A stretch of DNA of 64,000 nt from a virus. The stretch covers positions 49,975 to 113,974 of the IMG/VR virus record IMGVR_UViG_3300010354_000001; one strand, given 5' to 3'. Below, one piece after another: positions 28,818-37,850 of the stretch. A program made the position numbers and the translations under genes. The notes beneath the pieces were generated by a model, which was not told the DNA's origin, searched no databases, and worked only from the letters and a program-made list of their open reading frames with translations. Position 1 is the stretch's first letter; every line of letters starts with the position of its first letter.

Positions 28818-29561
28818 TTATTTAGTGTACTGCTGAATGAAGTTCCTTTCATCTATAGTAATACTTGTTAAACTTAAAATCCAAGTTAGATAACTCACTA
28901 ATTCTCTTTCGTTATGTCGCACTAAGTCATCCATAGACTGTCCTTTAAACTTACCCTTGTTGAATACATACTTGCCTAATCCTTCTTGGAAAGTAAACCA
29001 GTCACCTAAAATAAACATCTCACCGAAACCTATCACTTGAGCAGTCTCAGGAATGTTTAACTCTTCGTACATCTCTTGCATCTTTTGGAATATCTGAAGT
29101 GTTGCAATCGCATCTACTTTAGCATCGTGAGCCCCTTCCATAATTTTCCCCGTATAAAGCTTATATAAGCTCTCTAGATTACATCTATTTAACTTTTTAT
29201 GTATTGCGTAAGGATCTATAAGATTTTTGTCTGATAGGGATAATTCAAAACCGCACTCTTTTAACTGCCTAGACAGTATAGAAAAATCAAAAGTAGCGTT
29301 AAACATGATTATGTTCTTATAGGCGTTTAGTATTTTAGATATTCTAGGAGCTACTTCAGAGAAACTTGGAGCATCCTTCAAATCTAATATAGAGATTTTA
29401 TGTATTTCTTCTGCGTCTGGAGATATGGGTACTGTAGGTTTTACATAACTGGAATACGATTTCCCGTCACTAGAAACCAGTGCTATCTGCACTATCTCGT
29501 CCCTCCCTAAATCGAGCCCAGTGGCTTCTATGTCTATAGATAAATACTCGTTTTCTCTCAT
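28818..29561 (-). CDS. DEDDh 3'-5' exonuclease (DnaQ-like)
   Basis: DIEATG, FNATFD, AHDAKVD; C-terminal GKFKG motif. Confidence 0.9.
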   Translation of the reverse strand: MRENEYLSIDIEATGLDLGRDEIVQIALVSSDGKSYSSYVKPTVPISPDAEEIHKISILDLKDAPSFSEVAPRISKILNAYKNIIMFNATFDFSILSRQLKECGFELSLSDKNLIDPYAIHKKLNRCNLESLYKLYTGKIMEGAHDAKVDAIATLQIFQKMQEMYEELNIPETAQVIGFGEMFILGDWFTFQEGLGKYVFNKGKFKGQSMDDLVRHNERELVSYLTWILSLTSITIDERNFIQQYTK

Positions 29562-29572
29562 ACTAATTAGTC

Positions 29573-29691
29573 CGGACTTGTCCCATTAACATACGTTAAG
29601 GGAGATTATCGGCTTCACCGAGTCTGCTTTAATCACCTCGTATAGTGAGTCTAGTCTTACTAACTCTCCACCAGCGGCCATCCTAGCCGCT
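29573..29691 (-). ncRNA. Native TnpB omegaRNA scaffold, copy A (overlaps tnpB 3' end)
   Basis: Canonical position; conserved with covarying stems in copies B and C; putative guide GACTAATTAGTATGAGAG follows. Confidence 0.8.
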
Positions 29692-30761
29692 TCCTTTGCT
29701 ATATTGATAGAAGCGTTCCTGTCTCTGTGGTGCTTTGCACCACATTTACAAGTCCACTCCCTATCAGACAGTTGCAAACTATCATTTATTCTACCACACT
29801 CTGAACAAGTTTTACTAGAAGGAAAAAATCTATTTACCTCTATAACTTGTTTGCCAACAGAGTTGGCTTTATAATTTAAGTAGTTAAGGAATAATCCCCA
29901 ACCAGAGTCAGCTATTGACATAGCTAACTTATGGTTTTTAACTAAACCTTTAATATGTAAATCCTCTACAGCGAATGCTTGATTCTCGCATTCGCTTACT
30001 AGAGAATTAGAAACTTTATGAGAGAAATCTTTTCTCTTATTAGCTATTCTCTCGTGTAGCTTTGCTACACGGATTCTAGCTTGATTTCTCTTTTTAGAAC
30101 CTTTCTGCTTTCTGCAAAAATCTCTTTGAGATTTTTTTAGTTTACTTAAATTTTCTCTTAAAAACTTATTAGGTTTAACTCTAACTCCGTTAGAAGTAAT
30201 TAAAAAATCTTTTAGACCAAGGTCTAAACCTGTTATACCTTCTTTATGTTTAATATTAGATAAATCTAAATCTTCTACTTCAAATAAACAAACTGCATAG
30301 TAACTACCAGAAGCAGATTTTTTAACTGTTACTTTCTTTAACTTGCCTTCAGGCAAGTCACTTCCTCTAAACTTAACTAAGCCTAGCTTCGGTAGTTTTA
30401 TTTTATTACCAATTAAGGAAGTTCCTTGTATTATGGAGTAAGATTTTTTGCAATACTTGTTTTTAAATCTAGGAAATTTACCTACCCCTTTAAAAAATCT
30501 ATTATAAGCTTCTGCTAGATTACCGCAGGTAATCTGTAATTGTGCTGCTGAAGCAGCACTAAGCCATGTATATTGCTTTTTAAGTTTAGGTAAAAGGTTA
30601 TTCATATCATAATTAGATAAAGATTTACCTGTTCTTAAATATTTCTTTTTACAAATCTCTAACATTTTATTATAGATAAATCTAGAACAACCAAACTCAA
30701 TCTCAAGTTGTTTAACTTGTGATTGGTTTGGGTAAAGTTTAATTTCTCTTGATCTAAACAT
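29586..30761 (-). CDS. tnpB: RNA-guided endonuclease TnpB
   Basis: HTH_OrfB N-terminus, FPRFK, RuvC GLDLG / VEDL / DRNAS all intact, CSEC..C.C zinc finger. Confidence 0.95.
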   Translation of the reverse strand: MFRSREIKLYPNQSQVKQLEIEFGCSRFIYNKMLEICKKKYLRTGKSLSNYDMNNLLPKLKKQYTWLSAASAAQLQITCGNLAEAYNRFFKGVGKFPRFKNKYCKKSYSIIQGTSLIGNKIKLPKLGLVKFRGSDLPEGKLKKVTVKKSASGSYYAVCLFEVEDLDLSNIKHKEGITGLDLGLKDFLITSNGVRVKPNKFLRENLSKLKKSQRDFCRKQKGSKKRNQARIRVAKLHERIANKRKDFSHKVSNSLVSECENQAFAVEDLHIKGLVKNHKLAMSIADSGWGLFLNYLNYKANSVGKQVIEVNRFFPSSKTCSECGRINDSLQLSDREWTCKCGAKHHRDRNASINIAKEAARMAAGGELVRLDSLYEVIKADSVKPIISLNVC

Positions 30762-30801
30762 TATAATTGGAGGTGTCTCCTGATTATATTATACTACGTT
30801 C

Positions 30802-31245
30802 TTAACGTATGTTAATGGGATAAGTGTGGATTCTAATAAATCTATCCATGTGCCTAAAAGGAAATTTATTGGCTATATACATGGTTTCCTGCAGTTCTAC
30901 ATTATCTATATAGTAGTGGGGTTTCTCTGGATCAAACTTAATCAACCCTGACTTTATAAGTCCTGAGATTATTTTATCTAACTGTTTGTGTAGATCTGCG
31001 TGAATCTCCCTATCAAGTATTATTAAGTTTCCGTTAAACCCATTCTCTCGATCAAAGTCTATATGGTGTATATCAAATCTGTTGTCGGGGTAAAATCCGT
31101 GTTTAGCTTCAAATTCATCAGCTAAAGCATAGCGATCATCATAATTACGCTTCCTGCTTGCAGTCCATCTTTGGATGTATTTAGGATAAAAAAGTCTCTT
31201 CTTCTTTTTCAAGCGTACTTTAATTGTATCCTCAGAGGTCAGCAT
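30802..31245 (-). CDS. HNH endonuclease-like protein; C-terminus supplied by element end
   Basis: DIHHIDFDRENG...NLIIL...H..LH; ends TYPINIR inside the TIR. Confidence 0.75.
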   Translation of the reverse strand: MLTSEDTIKVRLKKKKRLFYPKYIQRWTASRKRNYDDRYALADEFEAKHGFYPDNRFDIHHIDFDRENGFNGNLIILDREIHADLHKQLDKIISGLIKSGLIKFDPEKPHYYIDNVELQETMYIANKFPFRHMDRFIRIHTYPINIR

Positions 31246-31311
31246 GACAGGATTTGAACCTGCGGTATCGGGGTCACAGCCCGACGCCTTAGACCACTAG
31301 GCGACATGCTG
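31239..31311 (-). tRNA. tRNA-His(GTG), atypical (no G-1, A73, no encoded CCA)
   Basis: CAGCATG/CATGCTG acceptor, TCGGG-CTGTGAC-CCCGA anticodon arm, GCAGG-TTCAAAT-CCTGT T arm. Confidence 0.85.
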
Positions 31312-31346
31312 GCCTCTGAAGATAGTTAAATTATACCATCTTTAAG

Positions 31347-31529
31347 CTACTTCTTTGAAATTAAGGCTATAATTGCTGTAAGTGCCAGTAGCCCCATACC
31401 TACAGCATATGGAATCAGCACTCTATGGGAATAGTCGAAATCAGTACACAAATTTATCCACATGGATACCACTACAGTAAATAGCACTGATATTGCTATG
31501 CCTATCGAACTTACTGACACGCTACACAT
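31347..31529 (-). CDS. Small 2-TM membrane protein (start uncertain)
   Basis: Two hydrophobic helices. Confidence 0.5.
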   Translation of the reverse strand: MCSVSVSSIGIAISVLFTVVVSMWINLCTDFDYSHRVLIPYAVGMGLLALTAIIALISKK

Positions 31530-34423
31530 TCCTCGGTATTTATCTTAGCGGATAATACTGAATCAGATCTCAAGTAATACAAGGTCTTAACTCCAGTTTC
31601 CCAAGCTTGGTAGTGAACTTCGTGTAAGTATTTACCGTCTATGTCACCTTTTTCTGTTCTACCAAAGAATAAATTTAAAGACTGTGCCTGACATATATGT
31701 TTCTGTCTTGCTGCTGCCTGCTTAATTATAAATCTTTGATCTAACTCATAAGCTGTCTTGAATAGTTTCTTTTCTTCCTCTGTTAAAAAGTCTAACTGTT
31801 GAACACTGCCAGCATTTTTAATTATAGACTTCCATACTTTAGCAGTGTTTTGTCCTTTTTCTTTTAGTAGATTTTCTAGGTAAATATTTTTAACTAAGAA
31901 GCTTCCGCTTAAAGTTTTTTGTAAGTATGCGTTACCTGCTATAGGTTCTATGCAAGGAGTACAGTTACCTGCGATTATAGATATATTAGCAGTAGGAGCT
32001 ATAGCTGTTAAATAACTATTCCTGTTACCTGGATTATCCTCACACTCACCTTTAATCTTAGCAAGTTCTATAGATTTAGCTCTAGCTGCATTTTGAATCT
32101 TCTCAGAGATTATTTTAGCTAAGGCTACCGACTGAACTCCCTCAAAAGGAATCTTTTCTCGCATTAGGTATCCATGCCACCCCATCAGTCCTAAGCCTAT
32201 AGATCTTTCTTTAGAGGCTGAGTAAATAGCTCTTTTATAGTCTCTAGGATTTGCAGTTTTAAGGAATAGGGTGAGTACGTTATCTAATGCTTCTGTCGCT
32301 ATAGAGGATACATACTCTAATTGGTCTATTGGGCATTGTTCTAGGTTTATGCTGCCAAGTACGCATATGGCCGTTCTGTCTTTGCTTGTTGGCAAGACTA
32401 TCTCAGAGCAGTTGTGCACTAAAACTCCTGAGCAATTTAAGTATTTGTCATCTTGAGTGGAAGTTATTATGTAGAAATTGTGATTATCTTCTACAGTGAG
32501 ATCGTAAACTTCTTGCTCCTCATCAAGCTCTATAACACTTACTACTTTGTGATTACCTATCACTATGGATTTATAGTTACTCCAACTACCACCAAAACGC
32601 ATCTCGCTAAAAGTGTAAGGTATTTTGATTCCAGTCTCCTCCCTGTGTTTAGCTAACATACTTCGAGTTAAATCCCCATGTTTATTATATAATTTTTTGC
32701 CTATGGCAATTAATTCTTCGTTAGTTATACCGTTATAATTAGGGTTTAGCTCTCCTTTAGCCATCTTATTCTTACTACTTAACCACCTTTCCCTAGAAGA
32801 CTTATCCATGCGGTAAACCCAGTTGTTAGTGCCAGATATCTCACTGCTAGTCTTTTTTCTGTGTTCTTTGGCTGAGAGCATCTGTAAATTAGCTATGCCG
32901 TCATTTCTGATATCGTTATCTATGTGATCGATGTGATACCCTTTTGGAATATCCCCATTATAATAACTCCAGATCAGCCTGTGTTGTTTGGTATGCCCGT
33001 TACTAGATGACCCTATATGCCTGTAGGGTGTCTCTTTATGCAATCTAGTATACGTGTTGAAAGGCTGTAAAGAATCTCCATTCTTTAGGTTTCCTGCTTC
33101 TATATACTCGCCATTTTTTAGAGCTATTAAATGATCTTTAGTGCATTTGAATTGGCTATTATCATCCAATAACACTTGCACTAACTTCTTAACCCCAGTC
33201 TTAAACGCTACTGCTGCTTTGACTTCATTAGTCCAGAACGCCTCCTGCACCCCGCCCCCACGAACTCCCCTGCGTTTTATTTTAGCCTCTCTGGCACAAT
33301 ATACTGGGAATTTTTTTCTACCTTTAGACTCTTCCGCAAGCTGCTTTATAGTAACCCCGTTACGTCCGTCCGCTACAGCTACAACAGTATCCCCTGAAAA
33401 ACATAAATTACTTTGTTTTATCTCTAACCCTTTCTCTGAGTGGCTTTGCAGTATGTCTTTATTAGACGTGTCTATGTAGTGGATGTAAGGTTCTCCAGTT
33501 TCAATCCTACTCTTTAAAATCCCCTTCCATAAAGTTCTGGCATCTACAGTCTTAACTACCTCTTTTGTATGTGGGCATATTAAATTAAATGATTCTTTTT
33601 TATTTACCGCTTCCATAAAGTCATCAGTAATGTTTATCCCGTGATGAATATTTAAGCACTTTCTATTCTCATCCCCTCCAGTAGGTTTGCGAATGTTTAT
33701 ATATTCCTCGCAATCTGGATGACTAACATCTAGGTAGATAGCTGCCGAAGCTCTTCTGGTCGAGCCTTGGGATATGGCTAATGTATTAGAATCCAAGACT
33801 TTCATGAAGGGGATAGTACCTGAAGATTTTAAAGTCTTCCTAATAGGTGCTCCATGACCTCTTATGTCTCCCATAAAAACACCTAGCCCTCCTCCGCCTG
33901 CTCCTAAGTGGGCACACTCCTCTATAGTCTTATAGATGTCTGTGATAGAATCTCCCATGTAATTTAGAAAGCAGGAAACTAAATTTCCTTTGTTAGTGGC
34001 AGTGTTAGTTAAAACTGGAGTAGCTGGCATGAACCATAACTTAGATATAACTTCATAAAGCTCTGTGGCCTTAAGTATTAATCCTTCAGTTACTTCCACC
34101 TCATCTTTATCATACTGATCTGCTAAAGTAATACCTGCTGCTACTCTAGCAAAGAACTGCTGTGGCCCTTCTACTAGCTTTAGGTTATCTGACCTTAAGA
34201 AATATCTATCTCTTAAAGTCTCCAGCCCAAAATAAGTTAATAGCTTATTTCTGCTGTTATCTAACGGTATATGTTTTTGTAGAGTCTTTACTTTCTGTGT
34301 GTAATTAGGGCTGTCCCAAGAATTACTATCTCCTACCTCTTCTATGGTCTGTGCAAGTAATATGTCCCTAGCTCCTTCTATATCACCTTTATCTAAAGCT
34401 GCTAATATGTCTTTCTTCATCAC
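31511..34423 (-). CDS. nrdA: Class Ia ribonucleotide reductase alpha subunit with intein
   Basis: PATP, SCF, NL|C...N|CSEI, AIAPTA, TLYY, C-terminal CVAC. Confidence 0.95.
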   Translation of the reverse strand: MMKKDILAALDKGDIEGARDILLAQTIEEVGDSNSWDSPNYTQKVKTLQKHIPLDNSRNKLLTYFGLETLRDRYFLRSDNLKLVEGPQQFFARVAAGITLADQYDKDEVEVTEGLILKATELYEVISKLWFMPATPVLTNTATNKGNLVSCFLNYMGDSITDIYKTIEECAHLGAGGGGLGVFMGDIRGHGAPIRKTLKSSGTIPFMKVLDSNTLAISQGSTRRASAAIYLDVSHPDCEEYINIRKPTGGDENRKCLNIHHGINITDDFMEAVNKKESFNLICPHTKEVVKTVDARTLWKGILKSRIETGEPYIHYIDTSNKDILQSHSEKGLEIKQSNLCFSGDTVVAVADGRNGVTIKQLAEESKGRKKFPVYCAREAKIKRRGVRGGGVQEAFWTNEVKAAVAFKTGVKKLVQVLLDDNSQFKCTKDHLIALKNGEYIEAGNLKNGDSLQPFNTYTRLHKETPYRHIGSSSNGHTKQHRLIWSYYNGDIPKGYHIDHIDNDIRNDGIANLQMLSAKEHRKKTSSEISGTNNWVYRMDKSSRERWLSSKNKMAKGELNPNYNGITNEELIAIGKKLYNKHGDLTRSMLAKHREETGIKIPYTFSEMRFGGSWSNYKSIVIGNHKVVSVIELDEEQEVYDLTVEDNHNFYIITSTQDDKYLNCSGVLVHNCSEIVLPTSKDRTAICVLGSINLEQCPIDQLEYVSSIATEALDNVLTLFLKTANPRDYKRAIYSASKERSIGLGLMGWHGYLMREKIPFEGVQSVALAKIISEKIQNAARAKSIELAKIKGECEDNPGNRNSYLTAIAPTANISIIAGNCTPCIEPIAGNAYLQKTLSGSFLVKNIYLENLLKEKGQNTAKVWKSIIKNAGSVQQLDFLTEEEKKLFKTAYELDQRFIIKQAAARQKHICQAQSLNLFFGRTEKGDIDGKYLHEVHYQAWETGVKTLYYLRSDSVLSAKINTEECVACQ
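32411..33403 (-). mobile_element. Intein (331 aa) with HNH homing endonuclease in NrdA
   Basis: CFSGDT...VLVHN|C; TKDH block B; HRLIW...HIDHIDNDIRNDGIANL. Confidence 0.9.
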
Positions 34424-34431
34424 TTAACCCC

Positions 34432-34824
34432 TTATTTAGTTTTTGGATGGAAAACTCCATCTTTGTCCTTATGCCCTACTACCTCATAATTTGAGTGAGA
34501 TACAAACTCTTCTTGCGCAGAAAACCAATCATAAAATTTATCGTCGGTATCTAATATGATAGGCACTCCATCTGGGCCTGTGAAGTAATCATTATCCCAT
34601 TCTTCATTATCTATCTGTCCGCAGTCATAGAGCCACCAACCTAATTCTTCGCTTGCATTGTCTCCGAAGGTCTGGTCTATTAAAGTATCAGATATCTTGC
34701 TCGTACTATCGAACATATCGCAGTTAAGTAAGTCTATCCCTTGTGCATATAACACATCTCTTATCTTAGCTGCTTCTCTTGCGTGTTTAAGTACTAAATC
34801 AAATATTTGTCTTTTGTCTTTCAT
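34432..34824 (-). CDS. Hypothetical protein (start re-set to ATG 34824)
   Basis: Lies between nrdB and nrdA; longer call overlaps nrdB. Confidence 0.7.
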   Translation of the reverse strand: MKDKRQIFDLVLKHAREAAKIRDVLYAQGIDLLNCDMFDSTSKISDTLIDQTFGDNASEELGWWLYDCGQIDNEEWDNDYFTGPDGVPIILDTDDKFYDWFSAQEEFVSHSNYEVVGHKDKDGVFHPKTK

Positions 34825-34825
34825 G

Positions 34826-36796
34826 TTAGAAATCTCCCCAATCTGTGTCACCTTTACTGTATTCTGTTGCTCTCGCCTCGAAGAAGTTAGCATGTTCTTT
34901 GCCAGACATCATTAGATCCATCCAATCTAAAGGATTATCCTTAATGCCAAAAATAGCTTTTAATCCTAAGTTTTTAAGTCTGTAGTCTGCGATATATCTT
35001 ATGTAGTGCTTTAACTGTTCTGGGGTTAGCCCATCTACAGCCCCCATCTCGAAACAGGTGTCAATAAAATTATCTTCCAGTCTAACTATCTCTTCACAGG
35101 CATCATAAATTTCTTTTTTAAAGTCTGGATTTCTCAGTAGTTCATACTCTTTGACTAACTCTCTAAATAGGTACGAAACCCCATCAGAGTGGCAGTTCCC
35201 TACTATTGCGTGCTTAAGTCCTCTGCGTACAATTAAAGATCCTTCAGGCATAGTAAAACAGTACACTTTTCCTTTATAATGCTTTCTTTCTTGGTTTACA
35301 GCCTTCCACTTTCCTTCTTTAAGCTTTTTATTTATAGAGACTTTGTAGCTAGTATTGAATTTATCACTCCTATCGCCTGGACGTTCTTGCACAGTACACA
35401 AATACCCTGCTAATATAGCCACAGCTTGGACTTTGTCCCTAGATACTTCGCAAGTAGTTACATAATCTATGAATGAACCGTCCCCATACCTGTCATGCCC
35501 GTCCCAGTGCCCTATTTCTGATATTATGTCTTTGGCTTTTGCTGAACTTAGAGTTTCTAGGTTTATCCAAGATAAAGACTTATCCCTAAATATTATAGGA
35601 ATAATAAAGTGGTAGTTGGCGTACCCTTTCCTATCTAGACTAACTGTATATTTAATACCAGACTCAAGCAATAGCCTTTCTATCCTTTCTTTTTTGCGAT
35701 CTTTTTTTATGTTTAAATTAACACTAGTTCCGCCTGTCCTTTCCCCTAAATTTTTTGGACGTAAGTCCAATGACCCATATGCCTGAACTGCTATTCTTAG
35801 CCTCTCTAGAGGAGTTAACAGACCTTCCCCACCTACCCCACGCCCAGCTAATGGGTATGTGTATCTATTAGAACTTTTAATCTTTGCTAAATCTTTAGCT
35901 TTAATCTTTTGCAGGCTGCTAAATTTGTACCCATCCAGTGAGTCTGAAGGATTGTACTTATAGTTAAATAGTAAATCATGATCTTCGGTGCAGGCTATGT
36001 TTAGCCTAGCTTTACCATCCTTCATGTAAATCAGCTCACCATCAAAATCTTTTTCTATATAATTTATAGGAGTGTCAAACGATATCCCTCTAGTCGTTAA
36101 GTCCATCTGTGCTACTTTTTCCCCAAAAGCGACATCCCTAAATAACTTCCAGCCGTTCTCAGTTAATACCTCGGTTTTATCGTCAAAACAGTTCTCGTCT
36201 TTCACGCTCCAGGTTACTATCTGCCCAACTCCCTTCATTAAGCCCCTTCTAGGAAAGTTCATTAATACTGCGAAAGATGCGAATAAGCTTACCCCTTCTA
36301 TAAATCCGCCAAACACAGCTAAGTTTTTAGCTAGTTGCCTCGGAGTCGGTGCGATGTTAACTCTAGTACCGTCATCTAGAGAGTTTAGGTGCATCATATC
36401 AAATTTATCTCTCATAGCTGCGTAATCTTTAAAAGCCTCATACTCGGAGTCTGGTAAGCCTAAAGTATCATTTAGTTGGCTATATGCCCATGTATGTAAG
36501 ACTTCTGCGTTAGCAAAAGCTGTGAGCATCGCAGCTATTTCAGGCTTAGGAAAGTTCTTTATTAGAGAGGTATTGTAGTTATTCATTACCTCTTGATCTC
36601 CAATTGTAAAAAACCTAAGAATCTGAATTATTAAATTTTTTTCTGGCTCGGTTAACTTCTTATTAAAGTCGTAAATATCATCCGTCATCGGCACTTCAGT
36701 AGGAAGCCAGTGGGCCTTCTGCTGGTTAGTCATGTACTCAAAACAAATCGGATACTCTAAAGGTTTAGGAACCTCTCTCTTAGTTAAAATGCTCAT
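34826..36796 (-). CDS. nrdB: Class Ia ribonucleotide reductase beta subunit with intein
   Basis: WLPTEV, FFT.GD, E.LH..AY, EGVSLFASF, DEN|...|CH, NFFE. Confidence 0.95.
   Translation of the reverse strand: MSILTKREVPKPLEYPICFEYMTNQQKAHWLPTEVPMTDDIYDFNKKLTEPEKNLIIQILRFFTIGDQEVMNNYNTSLIKNFPKPEIAAMLTAFANAEVLHTWAYSQLNDTLGLPDSEYEAFKDYAAMRDKFDMMHLNSLDDGTRVNIAPTPRQLAKNLAVFGGFIEGVSLFASFAVLMNFPRRGLMKGVGQIVTWSVKDENCFDDKTEVLTENGWKLFRDVAFGEKVAQMDLTTRGISFDTPINYIEKDFDGELIYMKDGKARLNIACTEDHDLLFNYKYNPSDSLDGYKFSSLQKIKAKDLAKIKSSNRYTYPLAGRGVGGEGLLTPLERLRIAVQAYGSLDLRPKNLGERTGGTSVNLNIKKDRKKERIERLLLESGIKYTVSLDRKGYANYHFIIPIIFRDKSLSWINLETLSSAKAKDIISEIGHWDGHDRYGDGSFIDYVTTCEVSRDKVQAVAILAGYLCTVQERPGDRSDKFNTSYKVSINKKLKEGKWKAVNQERKHYKGKVYCFTMPEGSLIVRRGLKHAIVGNCHSDGVSYLFRELVKEYELLRNPDFKKEIYDACEEIVRLEDNFIDTCFEMGAVDGLTPEQLKHYIRYIADYRLKNLGLKAIFGIKDNPLDWMDLMMSGKEHANFFEARATEYSKGDTDWGDF
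35195..36190 (-). mobile_element. Intein (332 aa) with degenerate LAGLIDADG-type domain in NrdB
   Basis: CFDDKTEVLT...AIVGN|C; TEDH; IGHWDG. Confidence 0.85.
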
Positions 36797-36799
36797 AAA

Positions 36800-37216
36800 T
36801 TATATCTTTTCCCTTTCTGTTTCAAGTATAGCACCTGCCTTGGCTATATTTCTTGGATATTCTCTACCTCGCATAAAAAATTTACTATCTGTTTTAGTAG
36901 GCTTGTAGTATTTCTCTATAGTAGCTGTTGCAAGCTCTATATCAAAATCTTTGCAGCTAAAAATATCTACTGTTATAAATCCATTTTGGTCTGGAAAAGT
37001 GTGTACTGCTATGTGACTTTCTGCGATTAGCACTACTCCACTAACGCCCCACTCTTCTTCTACTTTGCCTTTATACTTAAAAACATAAGGAGGCATTATC
37101 TTTGTCATCCCTATCTCATCAGGCAACTTATCCAGTATATCTGCGGTTATCTCTACTGATCTTGTAGCTTGCTCATCGCAGCCGTAGAGTTCTAATACTA
37201 AGTGTGGTCCAAACAT
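36800..37216 (-). CDS. speD: S-adenosylmethionine decarboxylase proenzyme (pyruvoyl-dependent)
   Basis: GPHL...LYGC, GVSGVVLIAE|SHIAVHTFP, DIFSC. Confidence 0.9.
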   Translation of the reverse strand: MFGPHLVLELYGCDEQATRSVEITADILDKLPDEIGMTKIMPPYVFKYKGKVEEEWGVSGVVLIAESHIAVHTFPDQNGFITVDIFSCKDFDIELATATIEKYYKPTKTDSKFFMRGREYPRNIAKAGAILETEREKI

Positions 37217-37349
37217 TTGTATAAATATTGTTACTTAACTTTTGTGTTTTAAATATTAAGATTTTTGGTAAAATTTTAAGGCACGGACATAAAAGGAATA
37301 AATGGAAAACAATGAAAACTGCCGTGCCTATACTCCTATTATAGCATAC

Positions 37350-37544
37350 CAAACTTATCCCATTAACATACGTTAAGAATGTAGTATAATATAACTAGGC
37401 ATGATAACCAAGTGTCTATTACGAAAAATACGCCCAGGATGGGCGTAGGTGGAGAGTTAATAAGACTACTTACTCATACGAGAGCAAAAGCAGACTCTGT
37501 GAAGCCGATAATCTCCCTTAACGTATGTTAATGGGATAAGTCCG
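37350..37544 (+). mobile_element. 195-bp non-autonomous mini-element: TIR + promoter + omegaRNA + TIR
   Basis: 28-bp TIRs (26/28), TAGCATAC duplicated at 37342-37349 and 37545-37552, TATAAT at 37385-37390. Confidence 0.85.
37429..37544 (+). ncRNA. TnpB omegaRNA scaffold, copy B
   Basis: Homologous to copies A and C; putative guide TAGCATACTACCGAAAG follows. Confidence 0.75.
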
Positions 37545-37850
37545 TAGCATACTACCGAAAGATCTACTACCATAATAAAAAGGTGAATAATGAACTTGAT
37601 AATCTGTCTTTGGGTCTTGCATTAACTCCACATGACATAAAGAACCAAGACAGGGATAATAATCTCGTGGAAAATACGTTATTATGTTATTTTCTAGATC
37701 CTCTCTATCTAAGATAAACCATTGCACTTCACATTTGTCATCATAATTATAGTAAACCGCATAGTCAGTAGTCTCTACGGACTTACATGATGCATAACCT
37801 AACTCTTCCAATACACTCTTACAATGCTCGAACTTATCTATTGGATTCAT
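37518..37850 (-). CDS. Hypothetical protein; C-terminus extended by mini-element
   Basis: Ends RTYPINIR in the TIR; reconstructed empty site gives ...GSML-stop. Confidence 0.7.
   Translation of the reverse strand: MNPIDKFEHCKSVLEELGYASCKSVETTDYAVYYNYDDKCEVQWFILDREDLENNIITYFPRDYYPCLGSLCHVELMQDPKTDYQVHYSPFYYGSRSFGSMLRTYPINIR

Larger units (their letters stand above)
29573..30828 (-). mobile_element. TnpB-only element bounded by 28-bp terminal inverted repeats
   Basis: 29573-29600 vs 30801-30828 inverted, 25/28 identical; no transposase inside; no target duplication seen. Confidence 0.75.

Noticed and set aside
29565-30836. Target-site duplication around the tnpB element
   Set aside because: Flanks AATTAGTC and GATTCTAA do not match; duplication is claimed only for the mini-element
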